Part shown: one piece after another, positions 1 to 11,523 of the stretch
How positions within the stretch are numbered: the stretch's first letter is position 1
How the letters are laid out: each line of letters starts with the position of its first letter
Assembly (NCBI GenBank): GCA_025594325.1
Contig: JANHCV010000006.1
Location: forward strand, 868,001-932,000
Direction of reading: 5' to 3'
Origin: Blastocladiella emersonii ATCC 22665
Taxonomy: Eukaryota > Fungi > Blastocladiomycota
DNA: 64,000 nt
Position numbers and translations under genes: made by a program
Notes under the pieces: model-generated
What the model was told of the DNA's origin: nothing
Seen by the model: only the letters and a program-made list of their open reading frames with translations
Database searches by the model: none

Positions 1-1646
1 CGAGTCCTCGGTGCTGCTGCTGTGTTCGGCGGCGCCGAGGGGAGGGCTGGGTGGCGCGACGGCAAGCGGGTCTGGGAGAAGCGCAGATCGAGCTGGCGAT
101 GGACGCGATGGAACGACTGATGGTGCGGACTTCTGGCGGTGCGGGACAGGTGGGACGGGCACAGGTTGCGCTGGCGGTGAAGGCCGTGAAATCGACGCGG
201 TGGCCTTGTCAGCGACCACGGCGGGCGCCGACTTGGTCCGCGTGGTCGGCGGCTGCTTGTGCTGCGGCACAGTGGAACTTTCTGTCCTCGGCTCGGGCAC
301 GGGCGCCTGTGCTGTAGTCGCCGCCGCGGCCGCTGGACGACGCGCCGTTGCTGCGAGTACAGGCGTCGTCGCTGCCCGACGTGCAACCGGCCGCGACGCG
401 GCAGCGGACGCAGGCTTGTCCACCTCGGTCGCGACCTTCTTGACGCCCTTCTTGACCGGCAAGCGCGTCCTTGCTGCCTTCTCCGGATCCACCAGCTTCT
501 CGACCTCGGGGAACGCCTCCACGAACGCGCGCTCGAGCTGCGACTCGGGTGGGACCTGGACGCGCGTTGCTGCGCGGTCGACGATATAGTCGGCGAACGC
601 GACTTTGCGCCGGTCCCAGTCGCGCGCGCGGGCCGTCGCGAGGGCGCGGTGCACCTCCTCCTGGTCGCGCGCCGCGCGCGTCTTCCGCAGGGCCTCGATC
701 CCACGGGTCTGTGCGCGGTCCGCGAGCTCGGCGGTGCGGCGCGCACGTTCTGCGGCAGCGGCCACGAGTTCCGCCTCGGACGCTACTGCCTCGGTCGCAG
801 CAGCGGGAGCCGCGTCGGCGGCGGGCCGTTCGACGGCGTGCGGGATCCCCGTGCGCAGCAGCGTCGAGTGGAACCGCGTCGACTGGTAGTCGACAACGGG
901 CGTGCGTTTCTCGGTCCCGGCGGCCGATCGAGGCCGCGACCGCGGGACCTCGACGGCCGCGAGCGTCGGTTTCGGGACATGCGTCCGCGCGCGCGTCACG
1001 GACCGCGTGTTAGCCGTCTCGAGCGCCTCGCGGCGGACCGACGCGCGCAGCGCCGCGACGGCCGCGGGCACCTGCCGCTGCTCGTGCTCGACGGCGAGCG
1101 CGTGCCGCGCGCGTTCGGTTTCGGCGAGCTGCATGCGAGATTGCCGGTTCACCTTGGACGTGACGGCGCGCTCGCGCTGCGCAGTGGCACCGGCGGCGGA
1201 CCGGTGCGCGGCGCCGAGCTCGGTGGCGGGCGAGGCGGAGGCCGGGTCGAGCAGGTGCGACTCGACGTGTACGCCGTTGCGCGCCCGCGGCTTCTTGCGC
1301 GACTTGGCGACCGCGGCTTCCTATACCACGCGCGGGGTGAGAATCGGGGTGGGACCATGGCGATGGGGAGGGGAGGGCCCCGTACCGCGATCTCACGCAG
1401 GAGCGCCGGCTCGGCCTTTTCGCGCACTTCCTTGTAGCACTCTCGTCGTTCCCGCGCGAGCTCGCGTTCACGTTCTCTCACCTACTCACTCTTCGTGTGT
1501 GAGGACTCGGAAGGTGTGTGATGGTTCCCAGCGATGGACGGCGATCGGACCTGCGCCAACGTCGCGAGCCGGCCCTCACGCTCCCTCTCCCTGCGCAACC
1601 GCGCAATTTCATTCGGGCTGAGCAAGTAGTGCGACGGCGAGTTCAT
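1..1646 (-). CDS. CEP295/Ana1-like centriolar protein, N-terminal part (3' end runs off the window)
   Basis: Exons 1646-1551, 1481-1386, 1320-<1 splice via GT-AG introns into MNSPSHYLLSPNEIARLRREREREGRLATLAQ|VRERERELA...RAQTRGIEALRKTRAARDQEEVHRALATARARDWDRRK...QLERAF. This parallels the CEP295 N-terminus (LSPNEE...LLQVREQERDIA...KAHVRGFQAMKKIHLAQNQE...DLARRR...ELEFAF). Confidence 0.7.
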
Positions 1647-1735
1647 TGCAAGGAGTGGGGTGCATGGAAACGGCGCTGCATGTATGAAGTGTGTGTGAGA
1701 GACGCGTCGGCGCGGCGCGGCGCGGCGCGTCCGTC

Positions 1736-4014
1736 TCACCGCGGCGCCTCCCCGCTTCCGCTGCCGTTCGTGTTGGGCGGCGACATGCTCCGCAGCGGCG
1801 GCGACCCTTCACGACGGGCGTTCGCGACGCCGAGCGGGATCCCGACCGTGGGCGGGAGCCCGACGGCTCCGGGTGGGATGGCCGAGGTGCGGGGCCCGGT
1901 CCCGCGGCGCCGCGGGCCAAAGAAGTCGTCGAACATCTCCTTGCGGCGGCGGCGCTGGATCTCGCGCTCAAGCTCGCGTTCCGACATGGGGCCCTCGGGC
2001 GCAGCACCGGCGGCGCCCGCATTCGCCGAGGCACCGGCAGCGAGCGCGGCAGCAGGGTGCGCGGCCGCACGCCACAGTGCCCCTGCGTCGCGGTCGCCGC
2101 TGCCGGTGCTCGCATCGGCTGCGGCGGCCGGAGCACTGCTCGTATCCGAGTCGCGATTGAGCCCGATGGTGCCGAACCCGGGGAGGTAGAACCCGGCGTC
2201 CTCGGCGGCCGCGTCGGTGCCGCCCGCGCCGAGGCCGCCGGTCCCGACGGCGCCGTCAGCGTCGACGGTGGGCCCGTTGGTGCCCGGGATCCCGTCGGCG
2301 GTCGGGACGACCTCGCTGAACTCGGACTCGCCGGGGCGCGCGCGGGTCCAGAAGCGCGTGGCGTAGTCGTTGGAGCCCGTGCACAGGACGTGGCCGAGCG
2401 GGTGCCAGTCGAGGGCCCAGATGTTGGCGTCGTGCGCGGTCAGGACCTGCGAGATCGGGCCCTCGGTGCGGTCCGCGAGCCACCACAGCAGACTGCCCTC
2501 GGAGCCGCCCGACGCGAACAGGGTCTCGTGGTGTGGGTGCCATGCGACGGCTAGATGACGGGGGTCGAATGAGTGAGCGGTTTCGGGTGGGCGGATGAGA
2601 GATGGGGACGTACAGCAGACCTCCTTGGGGTGGCCCTTGAAGTTGGCCATCTCGCGCATGGAGCGAATGTCGAAGATCTTGATGTTCTGGTCGCGCGACC
2701 CGCTGAGCAGCCAGTTGCCGTTGCGGTTCCACGACACGGCGTGGATCGTGTTCTTGTGGCCGTGCCTACACGCGCGCGTACCGTCGAGAGTCAGTCCAGC
2801 TGCGATTCGCGCAAATGGCCCACACAGACGACGTACAGCGTGGTGATCTGCTTTCCCGCGCGCGGGTCCCAAAGCTTGATGAGGTTATCCTTGGACCCAG
2901 ACGCGATCATGGCCTTGTACGGGTGCCAGTCGAGGCACTTGACGTCCCATCCGTGGCCGGTCATGGTGGTTTCGCAGGTGCCCTGGTGGAAGCTCCAAAC
3001 CTTGACCGTCTTGTCGTCGGAGCAGGTGGCGAACTTGGCGTCCGAGGGGCTGAAGGAGATGCCGCGCACGGCCTCCTTGTGGACCTGGATCGACTTGAGG
3101 TTGTTCATGTTGCTCTGCCAGTACTTGACGTAGCCGGCGTTGTCGCCCGACAGCAGCCACGAGCCCGACCGCGACCACCGCATCGAGCGCACCGACGTCT
3201 CGTGCGCCTGCAGAATCGTCTCGAAGTTGAACGTCAGCCCGTTCCACAGCGTGAACTCGCCGCTCGCGGAACCGGTGATGAGGCGGCGGCCTTCGGGCGT
3301 CCACTACGCGTTGAGACGGCGGTGTTAGTGGGTGCAGGAGAGCAAGGATCGCGTGGCCGGAGTGGCGTACTCTCACGACGTTGACGTAGGTGCGGAACTT
3401 GTTCATGGACGTGTGGATGAAGCGCGTCGTGCACGCGTTGACGGGCTTGTCTGGTGTCGCCATAGGCGGGAGCATCTAGACACTCCAGCGTCAGCACCGC
3501 GGATCTCCCTCAACAGTGTGGGACAAGCCGTACGTTGACGAGGTACTCAAGGTCGGGCTGAATGACGGGACACGACGACAGACGCGACGGTGCGCGCGCG
3601 ATCTCGCGGTGCTGACACGGCGAACAAGGGTAGTGTGGTCAGGGAGGAGGAAAGGCCAGTGTATTCCGCGTCGGACAAGTGACAAGTTACCTGCTGGTAC
3701 AGCACGACGCCGCCGTTATAGTCGACGGTGCGGCGCAGGAACGACCTCCGCTGGTTGTTGCGCGCCTCGTCGCCGTCGTCGCCCCCTCCACCGTTGTTCC
3801 GGTTGCTGGGCCGGTCGCGGTCCCGGTCGCCACCATAGTCGCGCCCACCCCCGCCGTACGCGGACGGCCGGTCGCCGTCGCCGCGGAAACTCGGCGGCGG
3901 GCCGCGGTGGTCGCGGTCGCGCATGTCGCGGTACCTGCCCGGCGGCCCGCGGTGCTCGTTGTTGTTGTAGTCTCGGCGGTAACCGCCGCCGCCGTCGCGG
4001 TGTGAGTGATCCAT
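1736..4014 (-). CDS. PFS2: Polyadenylation factor subunit 2 / WDR33 (WD40), multi-exon
   Basis: [54 protein letters not shown] and [26 protein letters not shown] match the WDR33/Pfs2 repeats. Confidence 0.95.
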
Positions 4015-4277
4015 GGTGTTGCTTGCGTTCTACTGCAGATGGCAGGGGAGAGCGAGGAGTGACACCGCGAAGGAGGCGGTGAGCACAGCGAAAAAGCGGT
4101 TTCAGAGCGTCACCTGACCCGCACGCGTCGGTCGAGCACGCGTCGGCAAGCGCGTTTTGCGGCTCAGCTGGCCGATCTTCCGCGGGTGCGCAGCTGACTC
4201 CATCGCCGACCACCCGTCGCAATGCAGCCAGTCATGGAGCCCGCTCTCCACGCAATGCATTCGCCGCCACCGCCGCC

Positions 4278-5752
4278 ATGGGATCAAAGCTGTGCTGCGT
4301 CGCGCTGTCGCCCTGCTCGCCCAACGGGCCCGGGTCAGGCAAGATGTACCGCCACTCGCTCTCGGGCATCCTGCGCCTGATGGGGTGCAAGAACCCGGCG
4401 CTCTTCACCGGTGCGAGTCTGTTCCGGTTGAGCGACACGCCGCTCGTGCTCACCCTCGCGCGCGGCGGCGGCACGTAGACCAGGTCTTTGCGCGGATCCA
4501 GTCGTCCATCACCACCGAGGCGGCGGAAGCGGAGCCAAAAGTGTCCGAGCACCGCTTCTTCGACGTGGTTGCGAGCGTCATGGCCGAGCACGGGCTGACG
4601 GCCGAGCAGGACTGGCTCGACCTCGAGCTCGCGTACCGCGTGCAGAACCGCCGCCAGAGCATCACGCTGCTCATCGGTGGTACGAGCGGGTCGGGCAAGA
4701 GCACGCTGGCATCGTTGACGGCGTCGCGGTACGCTCACCTTCAGGGAGTGATCAGCGATGTGATCTAACCCGGCCGTCGCCCCGCGTAGCCTCGGCATCT
4801 CGACGGTGCTCTCGACCGACAGCATCCGTCACCTGCTCCGCACCACGCAGCCCGAGTCCGAGTGCCCGCTCCTGTGGGCGTCGAGCTACAACGCGGGCGA
4901 CGCGCTGACGGGCGACCTGCCGCCAGACGCCGACCGCGTGATCGCCGGGTACGAGGCGCAGAACGCGCTGCTGTTCGACAAGCTCGACGACCTGATCGGC
5001 CGCTTCGAGGCGCGCGGCGAGTCGCTCATCCTCGAGGGCGTGCACCTCAGCCCGCGCGTCATGGAGCGGCTTATGGCCCGCCACGCGTCGTGTATCGCGT
5101 TTCTCATCTTCATCGGTAATGAGGTACGATCTCGCGGTGTTAGTGGACGAGGACTCGGGGACTGATGGACCGTGTAGAGCAAGCACCTCGAGCGGTTCGC
5201 CGTCCGCACAAAGTACATGACGCTCGAGCCGCGCGAGAACAAGTACGTCCAGCACTTCGGTAGAATCCGCCGCATCCAGCAGTACCAGCGCGCCGAGGCC
5301 GATCGCTGCCTGATCCCGAGCATGGACAAGTACGGTCTTCGCGCGCTGTCGGTGAACTTAACTATCGCTCACTCGCGCCCTGTAGCACGAGCGTTGACCG
5401 GGTACTCCTTCTCACAACTACACGGCGCTGTGCCGCTGACGCATCGCCGTAGTCCCTCTCGACGCTGCACCGCACCATTCTCAACGTGTTCACCGACGAG
5501 ACCGCGGTCCAGTCGCCCGGCGCCGGCGTGTACGACTCGGACTCGCAGACGACCCCGCGCCTACGCGACGCGTACGCGAGTGCGCTGCTTCGTGGGTGGA
5601 GCAGCAAGGGCATGCTGCAGCGCATCTACAGCAAGGTACGCCTTGCCGTGTCACTCCGTGGCCATGGACATTCGACTGACACGTATCCGCACCCGTAGCG
5701 CCGTGCCGACGACGATGGCCATGACCGCGCACCGGCCGCGCCCGCCGTCTGA
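4278..5752 (+). CDS. LPA1-like P-loop NTPase (2-phosphoglycerate-kinase-like), multi-exon
   Basis: LRLMGCK, LLIGGTSGSGKSTLAS (Walker A), STDSIRH, ILEGVHLS, HLERFAVRTKYMTLEP.ENKY and SKGMLQ follow plant LPA1 in order; first intron 4411-4478. Confidence 0.85.
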
Positions 5753-5861
5753 GCCAATCCGACCATCGTATACAATTCACAGATATATGCTTAATGGACC
5801 GCCGCCTCGACCATCGTAACCACCGCAAAAAAATGACCAGTCTCACCACGCTTCGCCCAAC

Positions 5862-8806
5862 TCAGCTCGGGAGGAACCCAGACCCGCCCTTGACGTCGTC
5901 GTCCTCGATGACCTCGGACGTGAACTCCTTGTCGAAGAACTTGACGTCAAAGTCGTCGGTGAGGTCGGGGCGCCACGGCGGCGGCAGCTCCTTGCGGAAC
6001 AGCTTGACAAAGTCAATGTCCTTGAAGAATGGGTGCTGCTGGATCTCGCGGCTGCCCTGCTTGCCGCTGCCGAGCCGCCGCTTGTAGTCGCGGTCCAGCA
6101 GCCGCGAGATCAGGTCCGACGCCTTGGCGCTCGTGAACGACGGGAACTCGAGCGGCGCACGCAGGATCAGCTGGTACAGGATCTCCGGGTTCGGGTTGTA
6201 GAACGGGTGGTAGCCGCACAGGAGCTCTACGAAGAGGGGCGCGGATGTGGGTGTAAGTTTAGTGGTGATGGCCGCGTTGATCCCGCCGCCGTGGCATCGT
6301 ACCGAACAAAATGACGCCAAACGCCCACCAGTCGGCCGGGAACGAGTAGTTGACGCCCTCGATGACCTCGGGAGCTACACGGGAGGCAGAGTCAGCGACG
6401 AGTCGAACACGCGCGGAACCGAAAGAGCACGCACCAAAGTACTCGAGCGTGCCGGCCATGGAGAAGGTGCGGTCCTGCTCGTCCTTGGTCGACATGCGCG
6501 ACAGGCCGAAATCGGCGATCTTGATGTGCCCGTCCTTGTCGAGCAGGATATTCTCGAGCTTGAGGTCGCGGTACACGATGCCCTTGCCGTGGAGGCACTG
6601 GAGGGCGAGGATGACCTCGGCGGCGTAGTACTTTGCGCGCTTCTCGGGGAACCGGCCGCTCTGCGACAGGTGGAAGAACAGCTCGCCGCCGTTCACGTAC
6701 TCCATGACCAGGTACAGGCGCTCGTGGTTCTGGAACGCGAAGTGCAGGCCGACAATGAACGGGTGCTTGATGGACCGCAGGATCTCGGACTCGGTGCGCG
6801 CCGTGTCCTCGCTCTCTGGGTCCTTCTGGATCACCTTGATCGCAAAAACCTTCCTGGACACCTTGTGCGAGCACAGCAGCACCTTGCCGTACTTGCCCTT
6901 GCCGAGCACCCGGTGGAACTCGAAGTCGTCGATGGTCGCGCGCTGCGACCGCGCGCGGGACCGCGTCGAGGCCGTGCGCGACAGAGTCGAGGGGACGAGC
7001 GAGTTGCCGCCGGACCCGGACGTCGGCGATAGCCCGCTGGCGGTCCCCGCAGCGGCGCTCGTCGCGAGCTTGTTGACGATCTGGACCCAGTCGTCGCGGT
7101 CGGTGATGGACGCGGCCGTGCACGTGTACATGAGCTGGCCCGTGTCCGAGTTGCGCAGCGTGAAGCCGCACTTGGCGGGGTTGGGCACCTCGGACATGAC
7201 GTGCTTGAGCAGCGTCGACAGCACCGGGTCGCGCGGCGAGATAGCCGACTCGCGCGACTCGCAGTACCTCACGTGCAGCGTGCCCTTCTCGAGACTGACC
7301 CAGGCCGTCGTCTCGCTGCCAATGTCGGGCCCGTCGACCGTGAGCCAGCCCTCCTTGAAGATGGTGTTCTCGTTGATGGTCTGCCGCTTCCACTGCGCCG
7401 CCATGTCGAGCCCGCCGTGCACGTCGTCGACGCCGCCCGCGGCCGCGAGCGAGTCGCTGAGCATGTTGAGCAGGTCCTCGATCTCGGCCTGCCCGGCCTT
7501 GATGGCGCTGTTCTCGGGCGACACGCCAAAGAAGGTGGCCAGCTTGGCCACCTTGCGCTGCTTGGTCGCGCCCGTGTCGGTGCCGCCGTTGGCCTCGGCG
7601 CCGTCCGCGTCCGCATCCGTCAGCGCGCCGTTCAGGTCGTCGGCCACGTCCGACTTGCCGCGGCGGCGGAACATGATGTACTCGCCGTCCTTCCACGAGC
7701 GCACGGTCTCGAACACGCGCTCCGAGTCCTGCAGGACGCGGTTCTCTACACGCGCGCGAGGCGTCAGTGATGCGCGGCCGGGGATGCCACAAGCGGGAGA
7801 TGCACGCGTACCCTTGCCGTCAATCAGGAACAAGCCGTACAGCTCCTCGTCGTCCTGGATCATGAGCTTGCGCATGGCGTGGCCGACGATCTCGCGGGCC
7901 GACGCCTCGACGGGCATGGCGACGATCATGTGGGTGCGGTTGGCGAAATGGACGCGCAGGAGGAACGTAGGCACGGCGTTGCGCGACTTGACGTCCGTCT
8001 CCTTGTTCTTGGCGACGATGCGGCGCAGCGTGCCGACATTGTCGTCCTGCGCGCCGAAGAAATCGACGAGCTTGCCCATGCGCGCGCGGTTGCCCTTGTT
8101 CGGGTCCTTGCTCGGGCTGACGCTCGGGTTCGAGTCCGTGAGGCTGCCGAAGCTGTCGTCCTTGCCGAGGTCGAGTGCGGGCAGGACGGGCGGTGCCGGG
8201 CCCACCATGTTGCCGTGCGACCCGGACCGCGGCACGTCGCCGAGCGCATGCGCGCCCGGTCCGCGGTCGCCGCGCACGCTCCGCGCGCCGCCCGACGACG
8301 ACGACGCGTGCGGGTCCTCGGGCGAGACGGGCGCGCTTGATGACGCGTCGTTCAGCAGCTCCTGCGACAGCGACACGCGCTTGATGTAGCTGGCGTTCTT
8401 CTTGAGCTTGACGGCCTTGATGGCCTCGGACCGGTCGCCGCTGATCCCCGACGACGCCAGCGCGTACTCGACCACCTCGTCGGTCCCGAACTTGCTCTGC
8501 AGCTTGTTGAGCTTGGCCGCGGGCGATTTCTACACGCACGCATGCGGGAGGGGGTGTGAGCTCACTCGACGGGGAGCGAGCAAGGGAAGCGTACGAGGAA
8601 CTCGTCCGCATCGATGTCAGGATTGTCGACGAGGTTCTGCAGCGCCTGGAGCTCGTTGCGGTTCTGGATCCCGAGCTTGTCGGCTACACGATCGCCGCTC
8701 GGGGATCAGGACCACGGCCGCGACGACGACTGCATGCAATCGCGAGCGTACCGAGCTTGTTGGCCCGCGTCGATGCCACGCCGTTGGGCGGCAGCGGCGA
8801 GGACAT
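5862..8806 (-). CDS. AGC-family Ser/Thr kinase with N-terminal RA/ubiquitin-like and PH domains
   Basis: Kinase motifs GKGKYGKV, VFAIK, YRDLKLENILLD, DFG, GTLEY|APE; AGC tail PPPWRPDL..DFDVKFFDKEFT; PH-like FKEGWLTV..AWVSL; RA-like LLRVHF..EASAREIV..LYGLF; upstream exons at ~8.46-8.53, 8.59-8.68 and 8.75-8.81 kb. Confidence 0.85.
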
Positions 8807-9367
8807 GGTGGGCGATGGCACCAGTCGATCGTTCAGCTGCAGCGGCAGGTGTATCGAGCGGAAGATGTGTGTGGCACACGGCCAGCGAGGAAGTGGGGCG
8901 AGCCCAGTAGCTCGGTGGTGGCGGTGGTCTTCGGTCAAGAATGCGGGTCCCAGGATGCAGCCCGCGTGGAATGGATGGTGTTGATACGTTGCAGAAGCCG
9001 GTGCAGAGGTGTGGCAGTGATCTAGACCTCCGCTGCCGGGGAGGGGAGGGGAGGAGAAGAATCGGAGACGCGTGCGATTCCGCGTGCACGCTGAGGATGG
9101 CCGTAATTTTTGCACCGATCTCGGATTGTGCGCTGGTGGAGTCTCCCCCCTCCTGCTCCCCCCGCCGGGACCGCCGCGCCGCTGTGCGGGAAGTGTCTCG
9201 CGCGCCCGAGGCAGGACGGACGTGGGGTGGGGACGCGTTTCCGCGTCAGGTGACCGACCGCGTCGCAGGTGCAAGACACGCGCTTTCGCGAACGAGAGCA
9301 CCGCTTTCACCGGACCAGGTGGTTGGCTGTAGTGCACTATGAGATACTATTACAGTTGGACTACGCG

Positions 9368-10559
9368 TCATCTCGCCTCGCCCCCCTCGATGGCGGCCTC
9401 GGTGAGCAAGACTTGTGGGCTGTACCGCGACGGGTCCCACGGGATCCGCTTCGACAGTACTGGTGGTGGTGGTGGTGGTGGCGCGGACCCGAGCGGCGCC
9501 GCGGCGAGCCGCTTGAGCTGGTAGTCGAGGAGCGTGGGCAGGAACGTATGGAAGGCGAACTCGGGCCACGACGCGTCGACAAAGGCGAGCTGGGCGCGGT
9601 CGACCACCTGCCACAGGAGAAAGTCGGACAGCCGGTGCTCGCCGCTCGTGCGAAGCAGGATGTCCACGGGCGGGCACGACGCCGTCTGCAGTGCCGCCTC
9701 GACGGCGCGCGTCAGGAACGACACGTCGCACGCGTCCTCGAGCGCGGCGCCGCCCGGCGACATGGCCAGCTCCCGGCGCACCGTCATCACGGCCTCGCGC
9801 ATCTCGTGCCGCGCAGTGTACGGGATGCAGATGTTGAGGATCGCGCTACACGGGTCGGTTGCGGTGAGTTAGCCCGGCGTCCCGACGCGACGGCCCGAGT
9901 GTGAACCGTACCCGTGGTTGTGCCGTGTGCTCCGCTCAACCTCGTACGCGGCGCGCTGTACTGGGATGGGCAGCATGCTCACGTCGCCCATGACACGGAT
10001 ACGGATCTGGTGCCGCTCGACAAAGTCGCTACGAAACGCGCGGCCGTGCAGGATCAGTCGGGCCGGTTCCAATGCGAGGTAGCGCGACCTGGGAACGTAC
10101 TTTTGCGTTGCAAAGTAGGCAAACTTCTCGATCATCATCTCGAACAGGTACGACACCTCGTCGGGGTCGCGCTTGAAGTTCTCGATCGAGAAGGCGTAGA
10201 TGGTGACGACCTTGATGCCCAGCTGCAGGCACCACTCGAGCGCCTACAAGTAGAGGGTCGCTCGTACGTCAGGACCCTGCTGCACCGTGTCGCAGCCAAG
10301 AAACCCCCCGCCGAACGCACCGACTCGAGCGCGATCCAGCCCATCATGTGGCCGACCTTCTTGTCCTGCCGCAGCTTCTTGGCGAACCTGGGTGGGTCGG
10401 ACAGCAGCAGTCAGACCAAGAGTCGCGCCGCCGATCCGCGGAGAACCCAACCTACCGGCGGTTCCCGTCCATGATGAAGGCGACGTGCGCGGGGACCGGC
10501 CCACACGCGAGGGCGCTGATGCACCATCGCCGCAAGCACGACGAGATGATTGATAGCAT
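9368..10559 (-). CDS. RER2: cis-prenyltransferase / dehydrodolichyl diphosphate synthase (RER2/SRT1/DHDDS family), multi-exon
   Basis: PAHVAFIMDGNRR, TIYAFSIENFKR, DILLRTSGEHRLSDFLLWQ, WPEF. Confidence 0.92.
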
Positions 10560-10929
10560 TGCAATGAGAGTGTTTGAGGACAAGAAGAGTGCGTGAGCGC
10601 TGTGGCGAAGGCGTGGAGACACTCGGGCCGCCGCCTGGGCCGCCGCCGTTTCATGCACCGTGAGCCGCGGCAAGGGCGCCGCCATGACGGCCATCACCTC
10701 ACGTGTGCGCTGAGCCGTCGGTTTTGCTCGCTGGCCTGCTGTTTGCCGCTAGCGGGCAACTCAGCGCGGCCCCAGCAATCCTCGTTCCGCCGTGGTTCTG
10801 ACGGACTGGTAACTATACGCAATGAATCTCTCCACCATGCATCGACACCATGACCACCATGTAATCCCGGCCGGTCGCTGACCTCGCCGTTCCCGCGACC
10901 TGCTCGCTCGCCCCGCAGATCGATAAGCC

Positions 10930-11323
10930 ATGTCCGCCGCCGTCTCGACGCTCAAGACCAAGACGCGCTCGCTGCAGCAGCTGGCGTCGACCGTGTTCCA
11001 GACCGTGCACAACCCGACGCACGCGCGCACGGGCCACCGCATCCTGCGCGAACGCCTCGCCGGCCCGCGCCTCACCTCCTACTACCCGCCCGAGTTCCTC
11101 TCCGTCAAGAAGCTGAACGCCGCGCTCGAGCCCGCCGGCATCAAGCTGACCGACTACGAGGAGGTGCTGCGCCTCGAGAAGATCCGCGGCCTCAAGGCCC
11201 GCGGCAAGGGCGCGCCCAAGAAGGGTACGTGAGATTGTGCGGAAGTGGCCGGGAGATCGCTGACGTGTCCGCTCGCATGTAGGCGAGGGCAAGCAGGCCG
11301 CGCTCAAGAAGAAGAAGAAGTAA
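10930..11323 (+). CDS. RSM27: Mitochondrial ribosomal protein mS33/Rsm27
   Basis: FQTVHNPTHARTGHRILRERLAGPRLTSYYP...RGKGAPKK; intron ~11225-11282; lysine-rich end with TAA at 11321. Confidence 0.92.
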
Positions 11324-11523
11324 TGGTTGTGCGCGCACGCCGACTTCACCTCAACTGTTCGCTCTTTGATTTATGTAAAGCCCTTAGTTCCTCCTCTCCC
11401 GAACGTGGTCGCTCGACGATCGTCGAATTAGCTACGGCTGCGGCTTCCTTGCGCTCGAATCCTGACCCTGACCACCAATCCTTTGGTTGGACTCACGGAA
11501 AACGGTTTCGATTGATGGAGACA

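Noticed and set aside
8127-8137. GGTTCGAGTCC, a tRNA T-loop-like sequence
   Set aside because: Lies antisense inside the kinase coding exon; no acceptor, D or anticodon stems around it.
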